DNA of 32,000 nucleotides from Alphaproteobacteria bacterium 40-19 (GTDB lineage: Bacteria; Pseudomonadota; Alphaproteobacteria; Holosporales; Holosporaceae), in NCBI GenBank assembly GCA_001898075.1, contig MKSD01000001.1, positions 891,817-923,816 of the forward strand, written 5' to 3'. Below are positions 8,099 to 18,175 of this stretch, piece by piece (within the stretch, counting starts at the first letter, position 1; every line of letters starts with the position of its first letter). The notes beneath the pieces are model-generated. The model ran no database searches. It saw only the letters and a program-made list of their open reading frames with translations, and was not told where the DNA came from. The position numbers and the translations under genes are program-made.

Positions 8099-9162
8099 CG
8101 TTCAGACAGCCCCCTAAAGTGAATTCTAGGGTCTATGCGCGTGTAAATGAAGTCTCCTATAAGATGCAATATTAGACCGATCAGTGTGAAAATATACAGG
8201 GATCCAAAAATAATGGGGTAGTCTCGGTTTAAAATAGCCTCATAGCCCATCAGTCCTAAACCATCTAAGGAAAAAATGGTTTCAATTAAAAAAGATTCGC
8301 TGAATACCACCTGCATCAAGGTTAAAGGTAAGCTGGCGATGATAATTAGCATAGCATTTTGAAACACATATTTCAGCAAAACAGCTTTGGTGCTGAAGCC
8401 TTGAGCCTGGGCAGTGATGACATATTGCTTGCCAATTTCCTCTAAAAAAGAATTTTTGACCATCATTGTAAGGCCGGCCAAACTGGTGATGACTTTGGCC
8501 ATAATAGGCAGTGCAAGATGCCAGAAATAGTCTGCGCATTGTTGCAAAGGGCTTAGGCTGGAAAAATTATACGAAAACAATCCTTGTAGGGGGAACCATG
8601 AAAAAAAGCTACCTCCTGCAAAAAATATGATCAATATCACAGCAAAAAGAAAGGTAGGAATAGCATAGCCAAGCAAAATTAAAAGGCTGCTGCAGACATC
8701 AAAAGTACTGCCGTTGCGTATGGCTTTGAAGATGCCTAAGGGAATCGCTAAAGAGTAAATTAATAATGTTGACCATAGACCAAGGGAAAGAGAAATAGGT
8801 AGGCGATCAGCAATCAGCTTTAAGACGTTTTCATTTTTAAAATAACTGCGGCCAAAATCGAAACACACATATTTTTTAACCATATAGAAAAAACGAGGGA
8901 TAAGGGGTTTGTCGAAACCATACTGTTTTTTCAGCTTTTCAGCTGTTTCTTGGTAATAACTGTGTCCGACCCCTGCATTAACAGAAACTCCAGAATTTTC
9001 CGTATCTTTACTTTGCATCCGATGCAGCATTTGATCGATCGGTCCTCCGGGAGCCCAGTGAACCACGAAAAAATTCACAAACATAATGCCTAGTAAGGTG
9101 GGAATGATCAGCAAAAGCCTCTTTAAAAAATAGGGCAATCGAAAAAAAATAAATTTTTTCAA
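8095..9162 (-). CDS. yejB: ABC peptide transporter permease (YejB / OppB-like)
   Basis: 355-aa polytopic ORF with an OppB-type N-terminus (FFLKRLLLIIPTLLGIMFVNFFVVHWAPGGP) and the permease motif ITAQAQGFSTKAVLLKYVFQNA. Confidence 0.8.
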   Translation of the reverse strand: MKKFIFFRLPYFLKRLLLIIPTLLGIMFVNFFVVHWAPGGPIDQMLHRMQSKDTENSGVSVNAGVGHSYYQETAEKLKKQYGFDKPLIPRFFYMVKKYVCFDFGRSYFKNENVLKLIADRLPISLSLGLWSTLLIYSLAIPLGIFKAIRNGSTFDVCSSLLILLGYAIPTFLFAVILIIFFAGGSFFSWFPLQGLFSYNFSSLSPLQQCADYFWHLALPIMAKVITSLAGLTMMVKNSFLEEIGKQYVITAQAQGFSTKAVLLKYVFQNAMLIIIASLPLTLMQVVFSESFLIETIFSLDGLGLMGYEAILNRDYPIIFGSLYIFTLIGLILHLIGDFIYTRIDPRIHFRGLSER

Positions 9163-9340
9163 ACTTTGACAGATATATGATTAAAAATCTAGTCCCGGTT
9201 TATGCCGGGGGCTACAAGCCTTTTGTCAGAAAGTTTTCTGTAGTTGCTTCTTTTTGATTTCCACTCCTCCCCTTGCTATGAAGCTTACAATATGGTATGA
9301 ATATCCTACTGTGTGTAGTTTAGATATAAGAGGTTGCCTG

Positions 9341-10522
9341 ATGGCAAAAGAAAAATTTGAGCGTACAAAGCCCCATGTGAACATAGGGACCATCGGGCAC
9401 GTCGATCATGGCAAAACAACACTGACTGCGGCAATTACAAAGTTTTGCAGTGAAAAGGGAATGGGTGAGTTTAAAGCTTACGATCAAATTGATGGGGCTC
9501 CTGAAGAAAGAGCTCGTGGTATTACGATCGCGACGGCTCATGTGGAATATGAAACAGATCAGCGCCATTATGCTCACGTCGATTGTCCGGGTCACGCAGA
9601 CTATGTGAAGAATATGATCACAGGTGCTGCTCAAATGGACGGTGCGATCCTTGTTGTTTCCGCAGCGGATGGTCCAATGCCTCAGACTCGTGAACATATT
9701 TTGTTAGCGCGTCAGGTGGGTGTTCCTAAGTTAGTCGTTTTTATGAATAAAGCGGATATGGTGGACGATCCTGAATTGATTGAACTTGTAGAGATGGAAG
9801 TTCGAGATCTGCTTTCTAAGTATAATTTCCCCGATGATACTCCTTTTATTAAAGGTTCTGCTTTAAAAGCATTAGAAGGTACGGGTGAAGGAAAGGCAGC
9901 GATGCAGCAGCTTTTGGATGCGGTTGATAGTTATATTCCAACTCCTGAACGTGATGTTGATAAGCCTTTCTTGATGTCTGTTGAAGATGTCTTTTCTATC
10001 GAAGGTCGTGGCACTGTAGCGACTGGTCGTATCGAAAGAGGTATTGTGAAAGTAGGTGAAAAGGTGGAAGTGGTCGGTTTGCGTCCTACCCAAGAAACCA
10101 CAGTAACTGGCATTGAGATGTTCAGAAAGTTACTAGATGAAGGATGTGCTGGTGACAACGTCGGAGTTCTTTTAAGAGGTCTTAAAAGAGAAGATGTTGA
10201 ACGTGGACAGGTTATTGTTAAACCAGGAACGATTAAGCCTCATCATAAATTTGAAGCAGAAGTTTATGTGTTGACTAAAGAGGAAGGTGGTCGTCACACT
10301 CCGTTCTTTAATCAATATCGTCCTCAATTTTATTTCCGTACTACAGATGTCACAGGTAGTGTGAGTTTGCCTAAGGATATGGAAATGGTCATGCCTGGGG
10401 ATAACGTGGCAGTTGAGGTGGAATTGATTTCTCCTATTGCTATGGAAACAGGGTTACGTTTTGCGATCCGTGAAGGTGGTCGTACGGTGGGCTCTGGTGT
10501 CGTCACAAAGATTCTGGCGTAG
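9341..10522 (+). CDS. tuf: elongation factor Tu
   Basis: The conserved N-terminus [27 protein letters not shown] starts at ATG 9341, with SD aagagg at 9328-9333. The track ORF start at 9254 is an upstream in-frame extension. 393 aa. Confidence 0.97.
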   Translation: MAKEKFERTKPHVNIGTIGHVDHGKTTLTAAITKFCSEKGMGEFKAYDQIDGAPEERARGITIATAHVEYETDQRHYAHVDCPGHADYVKNMITGAAQMDGAILVVSAADGPMPQTREHILLARQVGVPKLVVFMNKADMVDDPELIELVEMEVRDLLSKYNFPDDTPFIKGSALKALEGTGEGKAAMQQLLDAVDSYIPTPERDVDKPFLMSVEDVFSIEGRGTVATGRIERGIVKVGEKVEVVGLRPTQETTVTGIEMFRKLLDEGCAGDNVGVLLRGLKREDVERGQVIVKPGTIKPHHKFEAEVYVLTKEEGGRHTPFFNQYRPQFYFRTTDVTGSVSLPKDMEMVMPGDNVAVEVELISPIAMETGLRFAIREGGRTVGSGVVTKILA

Positions 10523-10530
10523 GGGTTAGT

Positions 10531-10839
10531 ATGTCAGGTTCTCAGAAAATTAGCATGAAATTGAGAAGTTTTGATGCAGAGGTCTTGCAAAGAGCAGTGG
10601 GTGAAATTGTCGCCACAGCTCTAAGGACCGGGGCAGAAGTTCGGGGTCCTATTCCTCTGCCTAGGAAAATTAGGAAATTTACAGTTCTGAGGTCTCCTCA
10701 TATTGATAAAAAAGCGCGTGATCAGTTTGAGCAACGTTCTTATAGTCGGTTGTTGGAGATCGTTGCCAATCCTCAGACCTTAGATGCTTTGATGGGGTTA
10801 AATTTGGCTGCGGACGTTGAGGTTGAGATTAGAGTTTAG
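10531..10839 (+). CDS. rpsJ: 30S ribosomal protein S10
   Basis: 102-aa [14 protein letters not shown]...[14 protein letters not shown], in the canonical position after tuf. Confidence 0.95.
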   Translation: MSGSQKISMKLRSFDAEVLQRAVGEIVATALRTGAEVRGPIPLPRKIRKFTVLRSPHIDKKARDQFEQRSYSRLLEIVANPQTLDALMGLNLAADVEVEIRV

Positions 10840-10842
10840 AAA

Positions 10843-11529
10843 ATGAAAAGTTGCAATCAAGAAAGGCGAGTAGGTGTTTTAGCCAAAAAATTGGGAATGA
10901 GCAGTTTGTTTCTTCCTGATGGAATCTGTGTTCCTGTAACGGTCTTGCATTTGCCGGAGTGCTGCGTGGTTTCTCAGAAAACTCCTGACAAGCACGGGTA
11001 TACTGCTATTCAAGTAGGGGCAGGATTGACTAAGAAAATGGGGCGTCCTTTAACGCAATTCTTTTCGAAGATTGGAATAGATCCAAGAGAAAAACTTTGT
11101 GAGTTTCGAGTTGGAGAAAAAGGGTTGCTTCCAGTGGGTTTTGTTCTTAGGCCAAGTCATTTTCCTGTTGGAGGCTTTGTAGATGTAGTGGGGCAAACTA
11201 TTGGTCGTGGCTTCGCGGGAGCTATGAAACGGCATGGGTTTGGTGGATTGCGTGCCACTCACGGTGTTTCTGTTTCTCACCGCAGCCATGGTTCTACAGG
11301 GCATCGTAAAAGTCCTGCCCGTGTTTTTAAGGGTAAGAAAATGGCAGGAAGAATGGGAGGATGTCGTGTGTCAGTTCAGAATCTTCAAGTTCTTCAGGTA
11401 GATGACGAAAGAGGTTTTTTAGTGATAAAAGGTGCGGTTCCTGGGCATGAAGGTGGGTGGCTTCAAGTTCGGGATGCTGTTAAGTGCGTTTTAACTGAAA
11501 ACCACGCATTTCCTAGTGTTGGGGCCTAA
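10843..11529 (+). CDS. rplC: 50S ribosomal protein L3
   Basis: 228-aa ORF, GVLAKKLGMSSLF...GRGFAGAMKRHGFGG...HGSTGHR, in S10-operon order. Confidence 0.95.
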   Translation: MKSCNQERRVGVLAKKLGMSSLFLPDGICVPVTVLHLPECCVVSQKTPDKHGYTAIQVGAGLTKKMGRPLTQFFSKIGIDPREKLCEFRVGEKGLLPVGFVLRPSHFPVGGFVDVVGQTIGRGFAGAMKRHGFGGLRATHGVSVSHRSHGSTGHRKSPARVFKGKKMAGRMGGCRVSVQNLQVLQVDDERGFLVIKGAVPGHEGGWLQVRDAVKCVLTENHAFPSVGA

Positions 11530-11556
11530 TAAAGCATTTTTAATGAGAAGGGTTAG

Positions 11557-12204
11557 ATGATGAAAGATGGAGTGATGTCAGAAGATTTTGCGGTAAAGGA
11601 CTGGTCTTTGAAGAATGTGGGATCGTTGAAAATTCCATCATTCATTTTTGACCTTGATCCCAGAGAAGATATATTGTCCAGGGTAGTGCATTGGCAACTA
11701 GCTAAGAGAAGGGCTGGGACTCATAAGACTAAGGGAATTAGCGATGTCAGAGGGACCACTAAAAAGCCTTATAAACAGAAGGGAACGGGTCGGGCTCGAC
11801 AAGGTTCTTTGCGTTCACCTCAATTCAGGGGTGGAGGAGTTATCTTTGGTCCTGTAGTTCGGGATCATTCATATTCACTTCCTAAAAAAATTCGTTCTTT
11901 AGGATTGAAGATGGCTCTTTCTTTGAGAAAGCAACAAGAAGAGTTGACGATTATGGATTCTTTAGGATCTCCTTTTAAAAAGACTGCTGAGATGGTGTCT
12001 TGGTTGAAACATTTTGAAGGGAATTCTGTTTTATTTGTTACATCTCATAAAGAAAGTGGTTCTTTATTAAATTGTGTTCGGAATATTCCTAGGATAAATG
12101 TGTTAGATCAAGAAGGTTTGAACGTTTATGATATTTTAAAGCATGATCGGTTGATTTTGGATAAAGAGGTGTTACCCTATTTGTCTGAAAGGAGGTTTGC
12201 GTGA
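11557..12204 (+). CDS. rplD: 50S ribosomal protein L4
   Basis: KQKGTGRARQGSLRSPQFRGGGVIFGP motif. The start is ambiguous (ATG at 11557, 11560 or 11575); 11557 has the best SD spacing. Confidence 0.9.
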   Translation: MMKDGVMSEDFAVKDWSLKNVGSLKIPSFIFDLDPREDILSRVVHWQLAKRRAGTHKTKGISDVRGTTKKPYKQKGTGRARQGSLRSPQFRGGGVIFGPVVRDHSYSLPKKIRSLGLKMALSLRKQQEELTIMDSLGSPFKKTAEMVSWLKHFEGNSVLFVTSHKESGSLLNCVRNIPRINVLDQEGLNVYDILKHDRLILDKEVLPYLSERRFA

Positions 12205-12548
12205 TACATCGTTATGTAGAAAGAGATCGTTCTCAGCAATTGTCTAAAGAAACTGCTTTGAGAGTTTTGATCAGGCCTCTTCAAACAGAAAAAGGGGTAG
12301 GGGTTTCTCAAGGAGGACAGTATCTTTTTGAAGTCTCTTCGTGGGCTAATAAGTTTCAGGTTGCTCGTGCAATAGAAAGTATATTGGAAGTTCAGGTTGC
12401 TGCTGTTAATACTGTTATTCAAAGGGGAAAGGTCAAGCGTTTCAAGGGTAGGCTTGGGCAGGGATCTGATGTTAAAAAAGCTTATGTGACTTTAAAGGAA
12501 GGTTTTACCTTAGATTTTGAGTCTGTCAATACGGGAGGTGAGCAATGA
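12201..12548 (+). CDS. rplW: 50S ribosomal protein L23
   Basis: IRPLQTEKG...KKAYVTLKEG motifs. GTG start at 12201 with SD aggagg 5 nt upstream, overlapping the rplD TGA. An internal TTG at 12240 is an alternative start. Confidence 0.9.
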   Translation: MIHRYVERDRSQQLSKETALRVLIRPLQTEKGVGVSQGGQYLFEVSSWANKFQVARAIESILEVQVAAVNTVIQRGKVKRFKGRLGQGSDVKKAYVTLKEGFTLDFESVNTGGEQ

Positions 12549-13390
12549 GTTTGAAGAGTTATTCTCCTACTTCTGCGGCACGTCGAGGGCTTGTCCTGGT
12601 AGATCGCAAGGATCTTTGGAAAGGACGTCCTTTAAAGGAGCTGGTTGAAGGTAAAAGAAAGACGGGGGGACGGAATGCGCAAGGGCGTGTCACTAGTCGG
12701 TCCCGGGGTGGTGGGCATAAGCGGTTGTATCGTTTTGTTGATTTTAAAAGATTTTCAGGAGACGACGTTGTGAAAGGGGAAGTCCAAAGAGTGGAGTATG
12801 ATCCCAATCGCAGTGCTTTTATTGCTCTTTTGAAGTCTCAGTCTGAAAAAGGGCAGGATCTACATTCTTATATTTTGGCTTCACGGGCTGTAAAAGTAGG
12901 ATCTATTTTGGAAGCAGGTGAAAAATGTGATATCCGTGATGGAAATACGATGCTTTTGAAGCATATTCCTGTGGGTACTATGGTGTATAACGTTGAATTG
13001 AAAATTGGAAAAGGTGGTCAAATTGCTCGGGCAGCAGGGACTGCTGTTCAGGTTATGGGGCGAGATGATGAAAATATTTTGTTAAAAATGCCTTCTGGAG
13101 AAATTCGAAAAGTGAACGGTCGGTGCCGTGCAACTATTGGAGTTGTTTCTAATGAAGATCACCAAAACCGTTCCTTGGCCAAAGCGGGGCGAAACCGTTG
13201 GTTAGGGTGGCGTTCTCACGTGCGTGGAGTGGCGATGAATCCCATCGATCACCCTCATGGTGGAGGAGAGGGGCGTACTTCTGGTGGACGTCATCCTGTT
13301 TCTCCTTGGGGGCAGTCAGCTAAGGGAAAGAAGACTCGGTCTAAACGCAAAGTTTCTGATAAATTTATTGTTTCTCGTCGTAAGAAGTAA
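12545..13390 (+). CDS. rplB: 50S ribosomal protein L2
   Basis: 281-aa [25 protein letters not shown]...[14 protein letters not shown]. Confidence 0.97.
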   Translation: MSLKSYSPTSAARRGLVLVDRKDLWKGRPLKELVEGKRKTGGRNAQGRVTSRSRGGGHKRLYRFVDFKRFSGDDVVKGEVQRVEYDPNRSAFIALLKSQSEKGQDLHSYILASRAVKVGSILEAGEKCDIRDGNTMLLKHIPVGTMVYNVELKIGKGGQIARAAGTAVQVMGRDDENILLKMPSGEIRKVNGRCRATIGVVSNEDHQNRSLAKAGRNRWLGWRSHVRGVAMNPIDHPHGGGEGRTSGGRHPVSPWGQSAKGKKTRSKRKVSDKFIVSRRKK

Positions 13391-13401
13391 AAGGAGGAAA
13401 T

Positions 13402-13680
13402 ATGTCAAGATCTGTATGGAAAGGGCCTTTTGTTGATTCTCACTTGCTGAAAAAAGCTGAAATTATGAGAGCTTCCGGTCGTCATTCACCTATTAAAACT
13501 TGGTCTAGGCGCTCAACTATTGTGCCTCAATTTATTGGGTTGAATTTTGCAATTTATAATGGGCGTAAATTTATTCCTGTCTTTGTGACGGAAGACATGG
13601 TAGGTCATAAATTTGGTGAATTCTCTTTGACCCGGACTTTTAATGGGCACGCAGGTGACCGTAAAGTCAAAAAAGGATAG
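13402..13680 (+). CDS. rpsS: 30S ribosomal protein S19
   Basis: 92-aa [12 protein letters not shown]...[24 protein letters not shown]. Confidence 0.97.
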   Translation: MSRSVWKGPFVDSHLLKKAEIMRASGRHSPIKTWSRRSTIVPQFIGLNFAIYNGRKFIPVFVTEDMVGHKFGEFSLTRTFNGHAGDRKVKKG

Positions 13681-13689
13681 GAGTTGAAG

Positions 13690-14022
13690 ATGAAGGTTCA
13701 AGCGTGTTTGCGCATGGTGCGCGTAGGTTCTCGTAAGCTTAATGATGTTGCTAGTCTGGTTAGAAGAAAAAATTTGAAAGAAGCCTTTCATATTTTGAAA
13801 GGAGTTCATAAAAAAGCAGCGTTGGATGTTATTAAAGTCTTACGTTCTGCGCAGGCCAATGCTTCGCATAATCATGGGATGTTAGAAGAGAAACTTTTTG
13901 TGGATGAGTTGACTGTTGGAAAAAGTTTAGTTTTGCGTCGGAGGGAAATACGAGGTCGTGGTCGTTCTGGGGTGATTAAAAAAGAATTTAGTCAGATAAG
14001 AGCTGTATTAGTGGAGGGTTAA
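13690..14022 (+). CDS. rplV: 50S ribosomal protein L22
   Basis: L22-like sequence in the canonical position. ATG 13690 lies 6 nt after SD taggag (13678-13683). The track start at TTG 13684 is less likely. Confidence 0.9.
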   Translation: MKVQACLRMVRVGSRKLNDVASLVRRKNLKEAFHILKGVHKKAALDVIKVLRSAQANASHNHGMLEEKLFVDELTVGKSLVLRRREIRGRGRSGVIKKEFSQIRAVLVEG

Positions 14023-14026
14023 GAAA

Positions 14027-14713
14027 ATGGGACAGAGGTCGGATCCTAATGGATTGCGTTTGGGAATTAATCGAGGATGGGATTCTGTCTGGTACGCTAA
14101 AAAAGGCTACCGGGATCTTGTTCAAGAGGATTTAAAAATAAGAGCTTTCTTTAAAAAAGCTCTTGCCAGCGCTGGAGTTTCTAAAATTGTGATTGCAAGA
14201 CCACAAAAAAAGAAACCCCATGTAACGGTTTATGTGGCTCGTCCTGGTCTAGTGATTGGGAAAAAGGGTGTGGGTATTGATGCATTGATGGCGCAGTTGA
14301 AGGATGCGGTAGGTGTAGAGTGCTTCTTTAATATTGTAGAGTTAAGAAAACCTGCATTGTATGCGCAAGTAGTAGCGGAAGAAATTGCTCAACAGTTGCA
14401 GCGGCGTGCTTCTTATAAGCGGGTGATGCGCAAGGCAATTCAAGATGCTGATAAAGTGGGAGCTCAGGGTATTCGTATTGACTGCTCAGGTCGTATGGGG
14501 GGGGCAGAAATTGCTCGTTCAGTGCGCGATTCTAGAGGTCGTTTACCTGCTCAGACTCTTCGTGCTGATATTGACTACGGGTTTTGCACTGCTTATACCC
14601 GTTCAGGGACATGCGGTGTAAAAGTGTGGATCTACCGGGGAGACATCTTGGACAAAGCAGACTCTTTGGTAGAGCGACGTCTAGGTGAACTTTCTGTTAA
14701 TCGTTTGAGGTAA
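14027..14713 (+). CDS. rpsC: 30S ribosomal protein S3
   Basis: 228-aa ORF, MGQRSDPNGLRLGINRGWDS...GRMGGAEIAR. Confidence 0.97.
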   Translation: MGQRSDPNGLRLGINRGWDSVWYAKKGYRDLVQEDLKIRAFFKKALASAGVSKIVIARPQKKKPHVTVYVARPGLVIGKKGVGIDALMAQLKDAVGVECFFNIVELRKPALYAQVVAEEIAQQLQRRASYKRVMRKAIQDADKVGAQGIRIDCSGRMGGAEIARSVRDSRGRLPAQTLRADIDYGFCTAYTRSGTCGVKVWIYRGDILDKADSLVERRLGELSVNRLR

Positions 14714-14719
14714 GAAAAA

Positions 14720-15139
14720 ATGTTGGTTCCTAAAAAAAATAAATTTCGTAAACAGTTTAAGGGAAGGATTCACGGGGCAGCAACCCGGGGGACTTTTGTC
14801 AGTTTTGGGGAGTATGGATTAAAATGTTTGGGTGCCGAGCGTATAACATCTCGCCAGATTGAAGCATCTCGTAGGGCATTAACTAGGTATATGAAACGTG
14901 CGGGAAAAGTATGGATTCGTATTTTCCCCGATGTTCCAGTGACAGCTAAACCTGCGGAAGTCCGAATGGGTAGTGGTAAAGGGAGCGTAGATCGCTATGT
15001 GTATCGTGCTCAGCCAGGGCGTGTATTGTTTGAAGTGGGAGGGGTTTCTGAGGAGATAGCCAGAGAGGCTTTTCGTCTAGCGTCTGGAAAGTTACCTGTA
15101 GCCACAAGTTTTGTGCGTAGAGAAGATCGAGGTGGATGA
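14720..15139 (+). CDS. rplP: 50S ribosomal protein L16
   Basis: 139-aa [22 protein letters not shown]...RMGSGKGS. Confidence 0.97.
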   Translation: MLVPKKNKFRKQFKGRIHGAATRGTFVSFGEYGLKCLGAERITSRQIEASRRALTRYMKRAGKVWIRIFPDVPVTAKPAEVRMGSGKGSVDRYVYRAQPGRVLFEVGGVSEEIAREAFRLASGKLPVATSFVRREDRGG

Positions 15140-15345
15140 TGGAAATGAAAATGTCGTTTAAAGAATTACGGAAGCTTTCCACCCCTGAGTTAAAGCAAAA
15201 ATCTTTGGAAATAGCCAGAGTTTTGATGGAGGCGCGCTTTGCGGCTTCAGGGGGAAGTGAAACTTTAAAGTCACATGTGATCAGAAATTTTCGTCGTTCT
15301 GTTGCCAGGATGCGCACGATTGTTTCTGAAAGAAAAGAGGGTTAG
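15136..15345 (+). CDS. rpmC: 50S ribosomal protein L29
   Basis: 69-aa ORF with ATGA overlap onto rpl[17 protein letters not shown]...RRSVARMRT. Confidence 0.9.
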   Translation: MMEMKMSFKELRKLSTPELKQKSLEIARVLMEARFAASGGSETLKSHVIRNFRRSVARMRTIVSERKEG

Positions 15346-15346
15346 A

Positions 15347-15613
15347 ATGTCAAAAAGGGTATTGGTTGGTCAAGTGGTTAAAAAATCTTCTACGAAAACA
15401 GTGTCTGTTTTGGTGAAGCGCGTTCAAAGACATCCTATCTATCATAAGGCTGTGGTCAAATCTAAAAAGTATTTGGCACATGATGAAGGTGATGCCTTGG
15501 AAAACGGGGCTTGGGTCCGTATTCAGGAGTCTCGTCCTTTGTCTAAAATGAAGAGGTGGGTTGTCCTTGAGACGGTTTCTGGCGAAAGTACTGCAACAGG
15601 AGACAAGCTATGA
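15347..15613 (+). CDS. rpsQ: 30S ribosomal protein S17
   Basis: The conserved N-terminus [23 protein letters not shown] starts at ATG 15347, just after the rpmC TAG. The track start at 15302 overlaps rpmC and is unlikely. Confidence 0.93.
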   Translation: MSKRVLVGQVVKKSSTKTVSVLVKRVQRHPIYHKAVVKSKKYLAHDEGDALENGAWVRIQESRPLSKMKRWVVLETVSGESTATGDKL

Positions 15614-15984
15614 TTCAGATGCAAACACGCTTGAATGTGGCAGATAATACTGGTGCTAAAAACGTCATGTGTATTAAAGTCTTAGGAGGAGCTGGCCGCC
15701 GCTTTGCTGTTCCGGGGGATGTAATTGTGGTCTCAGTAAAGTCTGCCCTTCCTAAAACTAAGGGAGCTAAGGTTAAGAAAGGAGCTGTGCACAAAGCATT
15801 GGTAGTCCGTTCTGCCAAAGGGTTAAAAAGAAATGACGGCAGCTTGATTGCTTTTAGCGAAAATGCCGCTATTCTATTGAAAGCAGATGGAGAGCCTTTG
15901 GGCACACGTATTTTCGGACCTGTGCCAAAAGAATTACGGCAAGGATATATGAAAGTGGTTTCTTTAGCTCCGGAGGTATATTAA
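15610..15984 (+). CDS. rplN: 50S ribosomal protein L14
   Basis: 124-aa [20 protein letters not shown]... Confidence 0.97.
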   Translation: MIQMQTRLNVADNTGAKNVMCIKVLGGAGRRFAVPGDVIVVSVKSALPKTKGAKVKKGAVHKALVVRSAKGLKRNDGSLIAFSENAAILLKADGEPLGTRIFGPVPKELRQGYMKVVSLAPEVY

Positions 15985-16358
15985 TGCAGTGGAAAAATAA
16001 GAAAATTCGTTCAGGAGATTTTGTATCGGTTATCTGTGGCGATGCTAAGGGTTCTTATGGGCGCGTTCTACGGGTTGATCGTGAACGGTCTAGAATCTTT
16101 GTGGAAGGAGTCAATTTGTGTTCTAAACATGTCAAGCCTTCTGTAAAAGATCCTGATGGAGGAATTCGTCGCACAGAGGCAAGTCTTCATGTCTCTAATG
16201 TAATGTTGGTAGATCCTGCAGTAGTGCATGATCAAGTAGAAGGAAGTCGCAAACAGTTAACTCGTGTAAAAATAGGTTTAGGGTCTGATGGGCGGCGTGT
16301 GCGCTTTGCAAAGCGTTCTGGTGTTGTGATCGGAGAGAAGAAAAATGTTGTCGTTTAA
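15984..16358 (+). CDS. rplX: 50S ribosomal protein L24
   Basis: KIRSGDFVSVICGDAKGSYGRVLRV KOW motif. 124 aa with a C-terminal extension. Confidence 0.93.
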   Translation: MQWKNKKIRSGDFVSVICGDAKGSYGRVLRVDRERSRIFVEGVNLCSKHVKPSVKDPDGGIRRTEASLHVSNVMLVDPAVVHDQVEGSRKQLTRVKIGLGSDGRRVRFAKRSGVVIGEKKNVVV

Positions 16359-16884
16359 AGAACATTATGAGCAAGTGGTGATACCATCCTTGAAAGAAGA
16401 GTTCAAGTATGGAAATGTTCACCAAGTTCCTAAGTTGGAAAAAATTGTTATTAACATGGGTATGGGACGAAAGCTTCTAGATAAATCTGTTGTAGAATCA
16501 GCAATAGATACTTTGTCTAGGATTTCCGGACAGCATCCTAGTCTGACTCGCTTTGCCCAGTCGAATGCTAGTTTTAAGGTCCGTGAGGGCATGTTGGCAG
16601 GATTAAAGGTAACACTTCGAGGTCGGCGTATGTATGAGTTTTTGCAGCGCTTGATCTATATTGCGATGCCGCGTATTCGAGATTTTAGAGGTGTTTCACC
16701 CAAAAGTTTTGATGGACGTGGTAATTTTTCAATGGGATTAAAAGAACAAACTGTTTTTCCAGAAGTTCCTTACGAGGGGATTACTGAATTGTGGGGAATG
16801 GATATTAATATTGTTACAACTGCACGGACGGATCCAGAAGCCAAAGTGCTTCTAGAGAAGTTTGGTATGCCTTTTAGGAGTTAA
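16345..16884 (+). CDS. rplE: 50S ribosomal protein L5
   Basis: 179-aa ORF, VPKLEKIVINMGMG...MPRIRDFRG. Confidence 0.96.
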   Translation: MLSFKEHYEQVVIPSLKEEFKYGNVHQVPKLEKIVINMGMGRKLLDKSVVESAIDTLSRISGQHPSLTRFAQSNASFKVREGMLAGLKVTLRGRRMYEFLQRLIYIAMPRIRDFRGVSPKSFDGRGNFSMGLKEQTVFPEVPYEGITELWGMDINIVTTARTDPEAKVLLEKFGMPFRS

Positions 16885-16890
16885 ATACAA

Positions 16891-17196
16891 ATGGCGCGTA
16901 AAGGATTGGTAGAGAGCAACAACCGAAAAAAAAGGTTGGTTGAGCAAGATAAGCAAAAGAGAGAGCGGTTGAAAGATATTATTCGTAGTAAGACTTCTAC
17001 TTTAGAGCAGCGTTTTGAGGCCGTATTAAAGTTGTCTAAGTTGCCTCGTAATGGCAGTGCAGTGCGTGTAAGGTCTAGATGTGTTCTTACTGGGCGTCCA
17101 AGAGCGGTATACCGTATGTTTGGGTTATCCAGAATTGCGTTTAGGGAAGAGGCTTTAAGGGGTCATCTTCCAGGTGTTAAAAAATCTAGCTGGTAG
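16891..17196 (+). CDS. rpsN: 30S ribosomal protein S14 (long, non-zinc form)
   Basis: 101-aa ORF ending [21 protein letters not shown]. Confidence 0.95.
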   Translation: MARKGLVESNNRKKRLVEQDKQKRERLKDIIRSKTSTLEQRFEAVLKLSKLPRNGSAVRVRSRCVLTGRPRAVYRMFGLSRIAFREEALRGHLPGVKKSSW

Positions 17197-17204
17197 GGGA
17201 AAAA

Positions 17205-17603
17205 ATGTCGTTTACGGATCCTATAGGAGATATGATTACGCGCATTAGGAATGCGCAAATGCGGTTGAAGAAGGATGTTATTGTCCCAGCTTCTCGTTTA
17301 AGAAAGACGGTTTTAGAGGCTCTTTTGCAAGAAGGATATATCAAAGGAATTGAAGAGGTAGGAGAAACTCCAAGAGAGCGTTCTTTTGTGGTACAGTTAA
17401 AATACGTGAAATCTCGTCCTGTTATTCGAGAAATTCGTCGGATATCTAAGCCTAGCGTTCATTTTTACCGGAAGGCTCGCGAAAATAAGCCAGTTGCCAA
17501 CGGGTTGGGGAGTTTAATTTTAAGTACTTCTGCTGGAGTACTTTCCGATTCTAAAGCGCGTGCTTTAGGAATCGGCGGAAAGGTGTTGTTGTATGTCAGT
17601 TGA
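17205..17603 (+). CDS. rpsH: 30S ribosomal protein S8
   Basis: 132-aa ORF, DPIGDMITRIRNA... Confidence 0.96.
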   Translation: MSFTDPIGDMITRIRNAQMRLKKDVIVPASRLRKTVLEALLQEGYIKGIEEVGETPRERSFVVQLKYVKSRPVIREIRRISKPSVHFYRKARENKPVANGLGSLILSTSAGVLSDSKARALGIGGKVLLYVS

Positions 17604-17611
17604 GGTGGGTT

Positions 17612-18163
17612 ATGTCACGTATTAGTAGAGTTCCTATTGTTATTCCTGCGGGGGTTTCTTATGACCTTCAGACAGAGGGAGTTTCTGTGAAGGGATCTTT
17701 AGGGGAAATGTTTTGTAGTATGCTTCCAATCTTTTTTTTAGAGCAACAAGAGAATAAGCTGTTTGTTCGTTGTAAGAAAGAAACTTTAAGTCAAAAAGAT
17801 TCCATGATGATAGGAACTTTTTGTCGTTTACTAGGTAATGCGTTCAAAGGAGTTTCTGAAGGTTTTGAAAAAATTTTAGAGCTTGTAGGTGTGGGTTATA
17901 AAGCTGAGCTTCAGGGTACAGGGGTAAAGCTAAGCTTAGGCTACAGTCATGATATTTTTTATCAGCCTCCTGAAGGTGTTGCTATTAAAGTTGAAAAGAT
18001 GGATAAAGTGATGGTGCTTCGTGTGTCTGGAAGAGATAAGCAGCAAGTAGGCCAAGTGGCCTCGCAATTGGTGAAATTTAGAAAGCCTGAACCTTATAAA
18101 GGAAAAGGTGTGCGTATTCGTGGTACCTTTATCCGTATGAAGCAGGGTAAGACGAAGAAATAG
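17612..18163 (+). CDS. rplF: 50S ribosomal protein L6
   Basis: MSRISRVPIVIPAGV starts at ATG 17612, after SD gaggtg (17602-17607). PEPYKGKGVRIRG motif near the C-terminus. Confidence 0.93.
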   Translation: MSRISRVPIVIPAGVSYDLQTEGVSVKGSLGEMFCSMLPIFFLEQQENKLFVRCKKETLSQKDSMMIGTFCRLLGNAFKGVSEGFEKILELVGVGYKAELQGTGVKLSLGYSHDIFYQPPEGVAIKVEKMDKVMVLRVSGRDKQQVGQVASQLVKFRKPEPYKGKGVRIRGTFIRMKQGKTKK

Positions 18164-18175
18164 GAGAAAAGGGAG

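Noticed and set aside
9194-9209. 5-bp GC hairpin cccgg-tttatg-ccggg between yejB and tuf.
   Set aside because: The stem is short, has no adjacent U-tract in a meaningful orientation, and lies upstream of both divergent genes. No function can be supported.
9320-9697. Track ORFs antisense to or nested in conserved genes. Examples: 9320..9697, 9872..10093 and 9931..10158 in tuf; 23516..23710, 23976..24170, 24061..24339 and 24083..24355 in groEL; 5756..6040 and 6506..6745 in yejF; 27685..27879, 28154..28408 and 28240..28467 in htrA; 1792..2085 in rpiB; 12559..12807, 13513..13809, 14946..15317, 15615..15905, 16195..16425 and 18191..18424 in ribosomal genes.
   Set aside because: Each lies wholly inside a strongly supported conserved CDS. 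They have no SD and translate to low-complexity or Ser/Pro/Thr/Arg-rich sequence typical of shadow frames.
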